Assembly: GCA_001643675.2 (NCBI GenBank)
Contig: LSRY02000029.1
Location: 1 to 64,000, forward strand
Length of the DNA: 64,000 bases
Reading direction: 5' to 3'
DNA from: Monocercomonoides exilis PA203
Taxonomy: Eukaryota; Protista; Preaxostyla
Below are positions 1 through 13,344 of this stretch, one piece after another (the stretch's first letter is position 1; each line of letters starts with the position of its first letter). The position numbers and the translations under genes are program-made. The notes beneath the pieces were generated by a model that saw only the letters and a list, made by a program, of their open reading frames with translations, was not told where the DNA came from and did no database searches.

Positions 1-103
1 GGAGGAGGAGGAGGAAGAGGAAGGAGGAGTAGTAGTAGAAGAAGAAGAAGAAGAAGAAGAGGAAGAGGAAGAAGAGGAAGAGGAAGAAGAGAGAAGAAAG
101 AAG
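1..103. repeat. GAA/GGA purine microsatellite (poly-Ser/Pro on the minus strand)
   Basis: Imperfect (GAA/GAG/GGA)n run visible directly. Confidence 0.8.
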
Positions 104-2450
104 ATTGGTGGAAGTGAAAGGAGGTTTTGCAATGAAAGTGATTGAAGTGCATTTGAACATGTTTCATCTGCTGCTTCTTTCTCCTCATCCGAAGATGATG
201 AAGCGAAAGAGCAAGATATTTGGACATAGCAACATTCAGTTGTTTCACAATCAACTGGCAATGATGACGATTAAAAGGAAGATGATATCAAAGATGATGC
301 TAATTCTTGATACTCCGTTCTTTCAGCAGTTGCTCCTTCAAATTGTTCAGATTTGGACGAATAAATTTGGTCATCCAATGGTCCTTCTAAAGATTCTGAG
401 GTTTTCGTGTTTGCATATCCTTCTCAGCGTCTTCTTCATTCTCTTTCACTCTCACTCTCTTCTTCTTCGTTTTCTTTTCTGACTTTTTCAAGTTCTTTGT
501 TAATTTCTTTTCTTAATTCCTTTTATAACATCCTTTCATCTGGTTTGATTGCAATTCACCTCAATCTCCCTCATTTCCTCGACCTCCTTCATCTTCCAAA
601 TCATCATTTCACCTCTTCATTTTCTCCTCTTTCTATCCCTTTCGATCTGAGCACTCAACAAAACGAATCAGAATTCTTGTGATTATTAAAATAAGGTTCA
701 TCTTTCCCTTTTGCCTCTGGCTCAACAGAACTCTTCATCTGATGTCCAGCCCTTCTTCTGTGTGGATGAAGACATGTAGAATAGGAAGAAAGCAAACCAA
801 GTGGAAAAGCAGAGAAAAGAGAAGAAGAAGAAGAATGGGTAGGTTGCTGTTTATTCTGTGCCTTTGAATGAATACGGAGTTGCAGTTGAGAAAAGCAGAA
901 GAGGGAAAATGAGTTTCTGGAAGCTGAGTAAAATCGAAGTTGGAAATTTGCACAAAGTTGCCTTTTTTGTCACTTTATGAATTAATCAAACGAAAATGCC
1001 TCCGTTGCAGTCATTTGTTTCCGTCTTTCATTCGCCTCGCTTTATCTTCTTTTAAGCTGTTTTTCTTTCTGTTCTCAAAAAGAAATGAGATATTTTCCTT
1101 TATATTTTCTGCAGTTGCACCTATTTTCAGCTTGCAATCACGGTGCAGGCGGAGGAGCGAACGAATAATAAACAGCACTAGCAGATACCAATAAAATTCG
1201 CGGTTGATAATAACTTCTGGTATTTTTATAGGAAATTGTATTGCCGTTTAAAAAATACCGTTGTTGATGTAATAGATGCTTCTGCTTTTGCTTCTGCTGT
1301 TTCGATCGTGTTGGGAGTGATTTTTCCTGATCGTTCGTTTTGTGTTCTCGTAATCATCGGAATCATCACACATGGAGTTTCTTTCTTCTTCCATTTAATC
1401 ATATTTCATTTCCTTATCTTCTTCATTCATTTCTCCTACTCTTTCTATTTCTCTCCCTTTTCTCAGAGAAAATTCTTGATCCTTCATCTTCATCTGCAAA
1501 TTCAGTTGTTCTTCATTTGATCGATTGAACGGCAAATGGGGAGATCTGAACGTAAAACAACACATTGCTTCAAATTCAGTCGAAATTTTCAATACAAATT
1601 GGATAATGCATCAGAGATGATGATATAATGGAATGGGATGTGGAAGAAGAAGACGAAGATTAAGAAGAAGAAGAAGAAGAAGATATTGAAGTTTCAAATG
1701 CCATCTGATATTCAATGTCTGCCTCCTGCTTCAAATGTCCAACAAATTGATTTGCAAATCAAATTGTTATTCCATCAGAACATGACAATAATTCTCCAAA
1801 AATGCTCAATGTGAAGAAAGTGCCAAATCCATTTCTGTGAAAGTGACTTGTCTCTCTTTTCGGTTGTATCGACTTTCTTGTCTTCTCTGTGTAACTATTT
1901 TTCAATCTTTGCCATCTTCTCTTTGTTTCATTCATCTGTGTTGAGTAAAAGGTAATTAACATTTTCCAAAAAAGAATCTCCAAAAGCAATATCTTTTCGA
2001 GCAATGTTCAAAAAAATGAATTTTTATCAGACAAGCTCAGTTTTCGCTCATTCCGTATCCGAAAAAATAGAAAGACGAAGACGATGCAGAAGAAGATTGC
2101 CAAATACGGCTGTCAGCAATAAAATATAATGAAGAAGATGAGCAGATATTGTGAATAAATTCCTCTCTCTGTTGGAGTGGCTCGTGAGAAGTTGAGCCAA
2201 ATGAGAAGAAGTCAGCAGCATTTCCAGCAGAATATTCAGCAAAACGAGAATCACCAAAATTAACAGTGCTATCAGAAAAAACATTTTGTGTGTTGAATGA
2301 AACAATCATTGGCCATTGAAATGTTTCATTTGTGTGGAAGCTCTCTTGTTGTTCAACAAATCCATATCAATAATTTTGTTGAATAATCTGAGGCTGAAAA
2401 TGAATGATGAATTCATAAAATTTTCCGCTTGAACACGCCTTTATGTATAT
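104..2450 (-). pseudogene. Decayed coding-like region of unknown product, divergent from the USP gene
   Basis: Several short protein-like minus-strand segments (e.g. 2037-2309, 1759-2004, 1395-1592) broken by stops and frameshifts. No family recognised. Confidence 0.3.
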
Positions 2451-2561
2451 AATCATTTTTGAAAGTTATTGTTCTCCACACAAACAAAAAATATGGAAAA
2501 AAAGTTCTTTATTTGAAAAATAAAAAATATAACGATCAAATCTGGCTTTTGTTTATCAAAA

Positions 2562-5516
2562 ATGAATCCTTTCAAAAGAAAACATAACGGAATTGGAAAC
2601 AAGAGCGTCAAACGGGATGTGAAAAATCTAGAAAATATTTTCGGAAAAATGTCGGAAGACCACGCCGAACTTGTTCTCACATCATTTTTACAATCTACGG
2701 AAAAGGAAAAAAACTTTTGGAGGCATTGTCCACTTTGAAAACATGTTTGTATTTGTTTAATTATAAAATACAAAAACAATTATTCTAACAACTTTATTTC
2801 ATTTAAATTTGGATTTTTTATTTACTACAGCTTTTCTGACAGAACACTACAACGAAATAGATCCTCACTCAGATTCAGAAAGCACTGAATCATTTGAAGA
2901 TTATCCTTTGACAAAATGTGATAATAAAAATAAATATATTCATAAACAACATTTTCTGCAGTTTCCATTTGTTAAAATTAAATCAACTAAAAATTCACAA
3001 ATACAACAAGAAAAACAGCTAAGCCTGAGTTCACAACAAATTAGTTCTATCAATTCACAGACAATATACAATACATCAATATTTCGCATTCCAAACATCA
3101 ACAATCCAATTTTAACATCATCATTTATGAATATTGTTCAGTCAGATCCTTCTAATATTCATTCAAATACTTCTCCAGCTCCCTCAATGAATATTGTTCA
3201 GTCAGATCCTTCTAATATTCATTCAAATACTTCTCCAGCTCCCTCAATGAATATTGTTCAGTCAGATCCTTCTAATATTCATTCAAATACTTCTCCAGCT
3301 CCCTCAATGAATATTGTTCAGTCAGATCCTTCTAATATTCATTCAAATACTTCTCCAGCTCCCTCAATGAATATTGTTCAGTCAGATCCTTCTAATATTC
3401 ATTCAAATACTTCTCCAGCTCCCTCAATGAATATTGTTCAGTCAGATCCTTCTAATATTCATTCAAATACTTCTCCAGCTCCCTCAATGAATATTGTTCA
3501 GTCAGATCCTTCTAATATTCATTCAAATACTTCTCCAGCTCCCTCAATGAATATTGTTCAGTCAGATCCTTCTAATATTCATTCAAATACTTCTCCAGCT
3601 CCCTCAATGAATATTGTTCAGTCAGATCCTTCTAATATTCATTCAAATACTTCTCCAGCTCCCTCAATGAATATTGTTCAGTCAGATCCTTCTAATATTC
3701 ATTCAAATACTTCTCCAGCTCCCTCAATGAATATTGTTCAGTCAGATCCTTCTAATATTCATTCAAATACTTCTCCAGCTCCCTCAATGAATATTGTTCA
3801 GTCAGATCCTTCTAATATTCATTCAAATACTTCTCCAGCTCCCTCAATGAATATTGTTCAGTCAGATCCTTCTAATATTCATTCAAATACTTCTCCAGCT
3901 CCCTCAATGAATATTGTTCAGTCAGATCCTTCTAATATTCATTCAAATACTTCTCCAGCTCCCTCAATGAATATTGTTCAGTCAGATCCTTCTAATATTC
4001 ATTCAAATACTTCTCCAGCTCCCTCAATGAATATTGTTCAGTCAGATCCTTCTAATATTCATTCAAATACTTCTCCAGCTCCCTCAATGAATATTGTTCA
4101 GTCAGATCCTTCTAATATTCATTCAAATACTTCAGCTCCCTCAATGAATATTGTTCAGTCAGATCCTTCTAATATTCATTCAAATACTTCTCCAGCTCCC
4201 TCAATGAATATTGTTCAGTCAGATCCTTCTAATATTCATTCAAATACTTCTCCAGCTCCCTCAATGAATATTGTTCAGTCAGATCCTTCTAATATTCATT
4301 CAAAAACTTCAGTAATTTTGGATTATAGTTTTGAGGATTATTTTATAAATTCTATTGATACTTATGATTATTTTATGAAATGCATATTTCGTCCTAAATT
4401 GAAAATAGATAACAAATCCAAATTAAACACAGATTGTATTTATGATAATGCGGAGAGTTTGAATAAATTGGAGTTGAGTGATAAAGATAGTGATGATGAT
4501 GAAAATGAATTAATGAGTATATGTGAAGGAAGATCATTGAATAATTTTGGGAAAACATGTGCTTTCAATTCTTTATGTCAATGTCTTGCTTCATTATGCA
4601 TTGATAAATGCACAAAAGATAGCAACATTTCCAAAAATCAAAGTTATTTTTGAATCTTTTGGAAGAAATTCGGAATCCATCAAAAATAGTGAATGCTTGG
4701 GGAAAGAGGAGAATGAAGAATTTTTATGAACTGCTGTTTGGGTGTCTGGATGAACCAAAAATTTTGACTGACGTGTTTACTGCAGTTATGGAATTCCTAT
4801 CAAAAAATAATTGGAATTTGAAGGAGATGTTTTTGATCCGCAGCCATAGAATAAATATGTGCACCAGCTGCCATCATTTATCTTCATCATTAAGAGGAGC
4901 AGGTTATTTTATTTCAATCGCTGGATCAGATATTGTCGGTGGGTTGAATTGTGTGTTTCAAGCCTCAGATGATTTTGCTGAGAATCTACTTTCAAATTGT
5001 GATAACTGCTGGACGAAATCTGCATTTGAAAACTGGATATGGCTTTACGATTTCCCTTTCATTTTGTGTATTTATCACAAGTTCATTGATGGAGATTATG
5101 TGAGTTCTCCTCCAATCAAATTATTCTTCAGAAGTCAAGGAATAGGCCCAAATGATTTTCATGTGTTCAGTCCTCGTGTGTTATCTTCAATTGACAATCA
5201 TTCATCTGATAGTGAGATAGTTGCAAAATACAACTTCGTTGGAACAATTATCCATTCTTCATTGAAGCATAAAGAAGGGCATTTTATTTCAATAGTCAAA
5301 AATGGAAGTTCTACTGACCATTCCAATGACAGCTTTCTGCAGTGCGATGATGACAAAATTTCAATTATTGACTTCACTAAATGGGACCAATACTGGGATT
5401 ATCTTTCAGAAGAAAAATGGAATTTTTCAATGAGTTTTTCAAACTGTTTGAAACAAAATACAGAAATAGTTCATCAAAACCCTTCTTGGATAAATGAATG
5501 TTTCATATTTTTTTAA
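2562..5516 (+). CDS. Ubiquitin-specific protease (peptidase C19/USP-like) with N-terminal 20-aa tandem repeat; frameshifted in homopolymer runs
   Basis: Cys box SLNNFGKTCAFNSLCQCL (~4534-4587), Zn-finger pairs CTSC and CDNC, His box EGHFISIVK...FLQCDDDKI. Putative exon 1 at 2562-2744 and intron 2745-2830 (GT..AG, phase-compatible). One-base frameshifts in A runs at ~2700 and ~4635. Confidence 0.75.
3127..4310 (+). repeat. 60-bp coding tandem repeat, ~20 copies (MNIVQSDPSNIHSNTSPAPS)
   Basis: Identical units every 60 bp from 3127. One 57-bp unit (3-bp deletion near 4133). Last unit partial. Confidence 0.98.
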
Positions 5517-5989
5517 TATTCATTAGTGCACATCATTAATCATTCCACTAAATAATAAATATCAACTGCGATTAAAACCATTTTTAATTAAGAAAATATG
5601 AAATAAAAAATTGATAATTACACTGCATTAATTCAAATGAATTGACATTAAGTTGTCATATAGAATAACGTAAACATAATAACACGAAAGCATTTGTCTA
5701 TCATTAATTAGTTAACAACCAAGTCATATAAACACCAAGTGTGATGTGGGGATAAAAAAAATAAAGTGAGTGAGAAATGGAAAGTGAGAAATTTAGAGTG
5801 AAAAATGATGTATTGATTTGTATTTACTGGTGAATTATTTTGTATGTTGTCTTTTCTGATATACTTGCCTATGAATATTTATTTCAATACGGAACAAATG
5901 AATATTTCATTTTAAACTTTAGTCTTTTCTTTATTCAATTGGTGTTTTGATCATTTATGATAATTATCAATCCCATTAAAATGATCATA

Positions 5990-7920
5990 TCTATCCCTCC
6001 TCTTTCAATATCTCTTTCCACCATCAAATAAATTCTTTGTCAAATGCCCCTATCGTTCATGTTGGAACTGAAAATAAAAGAAAAAACACTCGGAAGATTG
6101 AATTTATTAGATTTGAACAGTCATCTCTTTGAGTGTGCGAATGGAATGATTCTAATTGAGGAAGTGATTTGGATGGTGCACTTTATGTTCATTCACTGCA
6201 TGTTCAAGAAATGTGAATAATGGAGCGTTATTCTGTCAAAATTTGTTGAAAATCTCTCTCGAAAAATCCAATTTTTCATGTTATCAAGCGAGGAATGGAG
6301 GAGCAGTTGAAGTGTATGCTCCACAATCAAATTCCAAATATCACATTTTGGAAAATAAAGTCGAAAGTTATTCAATAACATGCTGGTGTGGAATTGGTTG
6401 GTATTTTGTACAACAAACAATTCCTGCAAATGGTAAATTCCTGTTTTCCAAATGCAAGTTCATCTCAAATACAGGTGGTGATTCTGCTGGTTCTTTCACA
6501 TTCAATTGGCCTCCACAAAATAAACCAAAACAATGCTTGCTCCAAGAGTGCCAGTTCATAAATAACAAAGTCGAAAATCCAACTACCTATGGTGGTGCTG
6601 CGTTGTGTTGCACAAGAACATATGATTGGATGAATGGAATGAAATTCATCACTTTCTGTTTCTTCAATGAAATACAGCTACTAACGGAAGAGGAAATGAT
6701 GTGTTTTTCAATGGTAATTCCATAACTCAATCTCCGTTTGAGAATTGCGGATCAACAACCCCAACAAAAAAGTGCGGAACAACAACACAGCTGATAATGA
6801 GACTGTCAACAGCTCGCTCCCTCTCATAAGCCAGAACAAAAATGTTGCAAACAACGGAACAGATGTTGATGGCTGTGGAAGAACGCAACAGAATCGTTGC
6901 TCCACTATGGAGTATGCAATCTATGGCTTATTCTTTTAAAAGAGGCTTCCCTCACCCTCCTCAGCTCAACATTTGCTCCCACTCAAACACTTATCTTCCT
7001 TGCTTTTGACACATAAATCAAAGGAAATGGCACAGATACCATCACCATCGCATCAAGCGGAATTCTTCAATCATCATCTTTTTTTTCAGCCATTTCTGCA
7101 CTCTACCGACAGACTCAGGGCTCCCTCACAGTCTCTGCCCTCACCGTCACCCACAACTCCACAAATACCATCACCCCCATCCTCTTCCACCTCTCCCAAA
7201 ACTACCCTTCCCTCAACCTCAACACAACCACCATCACTGGAACAACTCCGTCTTCATCATCAATCACCACACCTCTCTTCTTCCTCACTGCTGGCTCCCT
7301 CGATCTCAACCACACAGCAATCACTCATCTCACCCTTAACAGCCAAAGCATCTTCCATCTCACCTCCCTCACCACTCCCCTCACCCTCAACTCCTCCAAC
7401 ATCACCCACATCACCTCCACTATCACCCCCGCCAGCTGTGTCCTCTCCTCTGCTACCTCCCCTGCCCTCTCCCTCTCCCTCGCCAACTGCACCATCACCA
7501 ACATCAACTCAGAACAGTTCAGCCAACAGACTGCCACAGATGGTGGGTACATCTCATTCGCCTCATCTGCCACTACCAACTCGTTTTCAGTGAGCAACAC
7601 CACCTTCTCCGACTGTTGTGTGAGTGAGGATACAAGTTCTGGAGGAAGAGGCGGTGCTCTCATGATCGAGTTCAATGAAGGCTCACAAGTGTCAGAATCC
7701 TCCTTTGCCATCACCAATATCGTGTTTTCAGCCAACAAGGCCTGTGTCGGAAGAGATATGTATTTTGTGTGTGAATCATTTGTCGCTTCTGTGAAAGAGC
7801 CCTTGTTCACTTTCATGACAAGCATCACTCAGAAAGACAATTCGGCTGTTGGACATGACAGAACAGAAGCAATTGGAATTTAGATTTATAAATCTTTATC
7901 AACAGGCATACAGCTGACAA
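5990..7920 (+). pseudogene. Beta-helix (GGA/FxxN-repeat) adhesin-like surface-protein pseudogene
   Basis: Colinear with the 51531-53102 ORF (VHVGTE, GGAL, FxKCKxIxNTGGDS, MKFIxFCFF, DVDxCGxTQQxxCxTxEYA). Many frameshifts. Continues into GRGGALMI...NKACVGRDMYFVC. Confidence 0.75.
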
Positions 7921-7929
7921 TGAATACGT

Positions 7930-10900
7930 GGAAAACATGTTTGGTGTCAAAGCAATGTATTTCTGGCTATCAAAGATGCCCTGCAAGTGCACACGCAATG
8001 CGACGGGGCTTCTGAAGAAGGTGAAGAACGTTGGTAAATAATAATAAACGTGCAGACAAATTGTGAATTTGTGCGCGCAATAGAAAAACCGAAGAAAGTT
8101 GTGGAGATGGCACACAAAATTGAAGAAAACTGCTCGTATGCGCATGTGATGAAATCAACATAACTTGTCGGACATGTATTCTCTTCTTTTATAGAATTAT
8201 CTGTTAAATATGCCTTTTCATCAAAATTGCTTTCACTCATCGTTTCATCTTCTCAGACATGTTGAAGGCATGTGGCCTTGCGAAATCTCTCGAAAATTAT
8301 CCCTGCAACTGTTTGTTCAAAGAAATCTTTTCCCACCTTGCTCCTTCTTCTTCCTGTTATTCTTTCAATCTCAAAATAAATTTTGTAGAGGCAACCTTCA
8401 TGGATTGTGTGCCCGATGATCGACTATTCTTGATTTGACATTGTAGCATTTCATTTGTAAAATAATTTTTAAAGATATTCCTTGATAGAATAAATATTTC
8501 TTTCGTCTATCTGAGTAGGAATGAAAGGTGATGCTTGGCCCTGGATTTAACGGGAGTTGAATGAAATGGAAATAGGAATATTTTTAATTCGTTCATCGAA
8601 GAAGATGTTGAAGAAGAAGAATGCATAGGAGAATGAATGTTGTGTGTGGAAAATGTCTGTCTGAGAAATTAAAGCTTTCAGATCGTATTTCTCAGAATGA
8701 GAATGTTTTCATTGGCTTATTTTGGAATTCATAAAAAGATGACGATAAGCTGAAGGAATTAAATAGCAAGGAAAAGAGGCAGATAAAGAAGGAAGAAGAT
8801 GAAGTTGCAAAAATAGTTGAAGGAGTTGAAAAAGAAATAATAAGAAAAAGATGATGACGAGGAGGAAGAAGAAGATTATGAAAGCTATGAAGGTGGAGCA
8901 ATTGAGAATTGTGAAACGCATTCAATCCTTTTAATAAAGATGTTGAAAATGACTTGAATGATGTCGACCGATAAAAACACATTATTCGATGAGTTGATTT
9001 CAGATGAAATAGACAATCTTCATCACAAAATATGTGAAAGGGAAAGAGATACAAACAGATGAAGAATGAAGTCCACAAATCGTTGATTGCCTTTGAGTGG
9101 TTGAACTGCTTTGTCCCTCAGAAAAAGAAAATTATCTTTGTCCAATGATGTCAACAATTCAAATGAACTTCATGTTTGATGAGGATATTGGCAGAGAATA
9201 ATTCGAAATCGAAGAAGGCGTTGACAATTGATGAAGTTGACTTCAATTGCAAAAATTTCAAATGAAATAAGAAGAAAATGACGAATTTTATGATTATGTG
9301 ATTGATGTGTCGATTCTGGCAATGAGCATCTTTTATTGAAGTGAGACTGTTGAGAATGATAGCGAAGGTGAAGAAAAATAGAAGATGTCAGGTTTTTCAA
9401 GTCACGTTGGGCGATAGAAAAAACTGAATGTGTTCTGAATGTGAATTCTCATGCAGCTTATCAGCCCAGATAAAAGAGTCGCAACTGCAAAACATTCCGA
9501 ACAAAAATGCCAAATAAACTGCTTTTCTCTTTCTTGCAAACTCATGTTAAGCATTGTCAGGCTATGCAGCATGCAAAACAGATGGTAAGAAACGAATGAC
9601 TTCGTTGAATGCAATCCAAACAAGAATCATCTCAAAACTTCTGGATCTTTTGCAAAGGATTTCAGGGCTTCCCTCTCTTTGTGGTATTCCTGTACTTGAT
9701 CAATTTGTATTCATTGAAAGAACACCTTAAAAGAAAAATGAATGAAATAAAAGAAAATCAAACCATTTTTTTTTCTTGAAATATTTTCCTATCTCCAACT
9801 CACTCGAAATGATCAGCCCACCTGGCTTTCTTGCAATATAAAATTTCCTCTTGCCACAAAAAATTCAGACAACTGGACAATAAATGGCTGGAATAGAAAG
9901 TCATTGAAAGCACAGAATCCATTGTGAAACGAGCTGTAATATCAGATTAAAACACATAATTTTTAAATAAACAAGAAATCAACTCTTTTTCAAAGACTTA
10001 TTTAACGCCATTTCTTTGCTGATAGCTTTCCAACGGGTTTCGCGTAAATGGCAATGCGTTTGTCGTTAAGACCAGCTGAGTGTTTCGCTCTGTTCGCTTC
10101 CTCCATTGTCCTATGCTTCAATTCCCTTTCCTTTTCCACAAAGAAAATCTTCTCCCAAATAAAAAATCACGCAAAATAAGTCCTGAGCATAAGATATACC
10201 AAGTACACAACATTTCGCTCGAAATGAACAAGCTGTTCATTTCAACTTTTCTAACATTTTAATCGCTTTTTTTGTATCTTGCTTTATTCATTTTTCATTC
10301 AAAATATCACAGCCGATGTTGCATCATGTATTTTGCAACATATAACTTGATTCAAACTTCATGCAACTTCCCTCATCAATTCACTTTTTGGAAGCAATCG
10401 ATGCAAACAGCCACCCGCTCCTCCATTTGAAGGCTAAATCCCTGTTCTTCTTCAATGCTATAACTCGCATGAGTGCATCTGTGTTTGCGCTCAATAGTAG
10501 CTCAAATATGCTCAGGCTGCTGCAAATAATTTATCAAAAATCTTCACTAATAAAATTATAGGTTGCAGACCCTTATTAAATAACCAAACAATAAATGAAT
10601 GTTTTGTTGCCCTTCGTCTTGCCTGTTTTGAGGTAAAAGAATGAAAATGATGCAGAGGAAAAAGTTTATGAATGTGCATCTTCAGGTATTTTAATCGATA
10701 TTTGTGACTCTTTTGAAGTAGATGTTCCTTCAACATTCAGAAAATGAACCAATATGTTGCTTCATCTTGATTTTTCCGAAGGCAGCAGGACCAGTAACAA
10801 ATGTTTTATGGTGTGCATGGGGCATTACTGAATCACTGCTTATGCGATTTTATCTGTCCTTTTTTTATTATTATGAAATAAATAAATTTTTTATTGACTT

Positions 10901-11850
10901 TTGAAAGGGGCTTGGGCGATTGAACGATTTGAGGGACCTGGAGCAAAAAGAGAAAAGCGAAGAAATGGATGAAATATGGGAAGATGTGAGATTTGAAGAG
11001 ACGGGTGCGATTTGTGGAGTGGGTTGTTGAAAAGATAATCGAGAAAATTGTGGATGGAAAGGGATTGGGGTTGGTGTTGGGATTTTGGCGTTGGAGTATC
11101 GGGAGATGTTTTGAAGGGCCAAAGGTTAAACGGGACGGTGGCTTGTTTTTCTTTGAAAATGAAAAGATTTGAAAGTAAGAATTCTGATGAAGAGAAGAAA
11201 AACGAAAAATAAAAGGATGAAATGCTCCTGTGGGAATGTTTGCAATGGAACGTAATTCTGAATGAAGGCCTTTCAGTGGAATTGCTGTTGATTTGTGTGG
11301 CTTGCCTGCTGAAAGGTGTGTTGGAGAAAGAAGGAAAGGGAGGAGACTCAAAAAGAAGTTGAAATGAGTTTGCTCGGCTTGAGTCATTTTCACACAACGT
11401 TCAAGTGTGTCTTTTTTTTTTTTCAATTTTTTATTTTTTTTTTTGAAATGTATATATATTGAATAGGAAACAGACAACGAGTGATATTTGAAGGAAGAAA
11501 CAGGAAGCTTCAAGCGCAATCAGTTGCAGCACGATTTGAGGGGACTTGTAAATGGATGAGTTTTGGAGAAATTGATGAAGTGTTTGATGAAGCGCAGAGA
11601 TGGAGGAAGTTAGAGTAAATGAGCTGGGTTTTGGAAGAGAAGATTCAAAAGAAGTGAAAGAGGTGGGAACGCATGTGTATTGGAGAAGAGAATATGATGA
11701 GAGGATAAGAGAAGGGAGAGAATGACTGAACCCTGATGGGTGTGATTGAAAGAAGATGAAGAAGAGGAATTTGAAGAAATCAACATTTTCAGTTTCTGAG
11801 GGGAAAGAGGAGGCAACCACTCAAGAGCATTCGATGAACGATAGATATCC
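7930..11850 (-). pseudogene. Large decayed gene with SWIM-like zinc-finger remnants, possibly transposon-derived
   Basis: Minus-strand reads FCSCDSFIWADKLHENSHSEHI (~9430-9492) and CVCTCRASLIARNTLL*HQ (~7941-7997), plus CPMHH...KQH and CIDC upstream. Many stops. Confidence 0.35.
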
Positions 11851-12575
11851 AAATTATTTGATATGGCTCAATCTGTTTGTGAATTTTTTGTGTTTATGTT
11901 TTTCTTATCAATATGAAGTTCATTTACCATATTCAATATTTTATCTCAATGACAGCATCACATGAAGCCTTTTCATTATCTTCTTCAGAAACATCATTCA
12001 ATTGATTGCACATTTCTCTTTTACTTCATTTCTTCTTCTTATTCTTCTTTACCATCTTCTTCTTCATTCAACAAAAATGAAGCAATTCTTCAATTAAACA
12101 GTGCTTTCTCCAAGTATCTTAATTTTTCTGAAAAATGTTTTTTTCATCTTTCAACGTAACTTATGTTTATTCTTTTTCTCTTTCAACAGTGTCTGTTGTA
12201 TTCTAATAAATTGCTTGTATTGTTTCAAAAGCATGATAGATTTTGTTCAATTGTCAGATGAATTGATTATTTAACAAATAACAAAAAGTGATGAAATGTT
12301 CATGTTATCAAAAAATGAAAAAGAAATGAAAATTGGAAAATATGTGAACTTCAAAAAAATTTTTAAAACATAAAAACAAATAATAAACGATATTAGAATG
12401 ATAACGAATAAATGAAATAAAAATTCGATGAAGATGCAGTTTCAGATACATTTCTTAAAGGTGAATTGTTTCTATTTCTTGTCGCGATGGTGGACTTTTA
12501 GCATTTTTATGAGTCTTCTTCAAAAATTTCTCAAGCACGTTATATTTTTCAAAACATTTTAATGTTGAAATAAAT

Positions 12576-13064
12576 AATGTGAATATGGTTTTTCATTTCA
12601 TAAAATGCATTTTTATTTAATCATAAAAAAAAAATTGAATATATACATATATATTTTTAAGACTCAATAAAATACAAAAACCAAAAAAAAGTCACCATTT
12701 CATGAAAATATGTCAAATTGAAAATCTCGATCACAAAAGTGGTCACTAATTTTTCTTCAGATTTTGCAACAAACAGACATAAAAAGATGTGGGGAAGCGG
12801 TTTGTGCGGAAATCTGAGAAAAAATTAGTGACCACTTTTGTGATCGCCAGTCATTTCAAGTTTCAGTTTTATAATAGTTCCGATCGTTCAACGGATCAAA
12901 TCTGATGAGAACCTTAATAAAAGTGTTTTTCAAAATGACTGGCGATCACAAAAGTGGTCACTAATTTTTCTCAGATTCTTTATGTCTGTTTGTTGCAAAA
13001 TCTGAAGAAAAATTAGTGACCACTTTTGTGATCGAGATTTTCAATTTGACATATTTTCATGAAA
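12576..13064. repeat. Left terminal repeat with nested palindrome (12698-13064)
   Basis: Arm 12698-12856, loop 12857-12932, arm 12933-13064 (inner arm has a ~28-bp deletion). Four alternating copies of CGATCACAAAAGTGGTCACTAATTTTT. Confidence 0.95.
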
Positions 13065-13344
13065 ATTTTCGTATAGAAATATTTATTTATTATTTATATT
13101 TTTTTTTCATATATTTGTTTATGATTTATTGTTATTATGTTATTATAATTAGTTTTAATGAGAAACATTTATGCGTTGATTTTTGGAAAAAGACAAAAAA
13201 TAGTGATATCAGTTTCCAATATCAATTCATCATTTTAATAAAATCAAATTGCATAAATACTTATTTTTTGTGTGAAACATGGTGTTTTTCACCGAAAAAG
13301 AAATGTGACTTTTGTTCCATAATAAATTCAGAAAAATATAAACA

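Noticed and set aside
3127-4310. CRISPR array
   Set aside because: Units are contiguous and identical with no unique spacers, lie in frame in an ORF, and the DNA is eukaryotic with no cas genes.
4630-4653. Programmed ribosomal frameshift in the stand-alone USP
   Set aside because: Similar one-base homopolymer shifts recur throughout the window, so sequencing error or decay is simpler.
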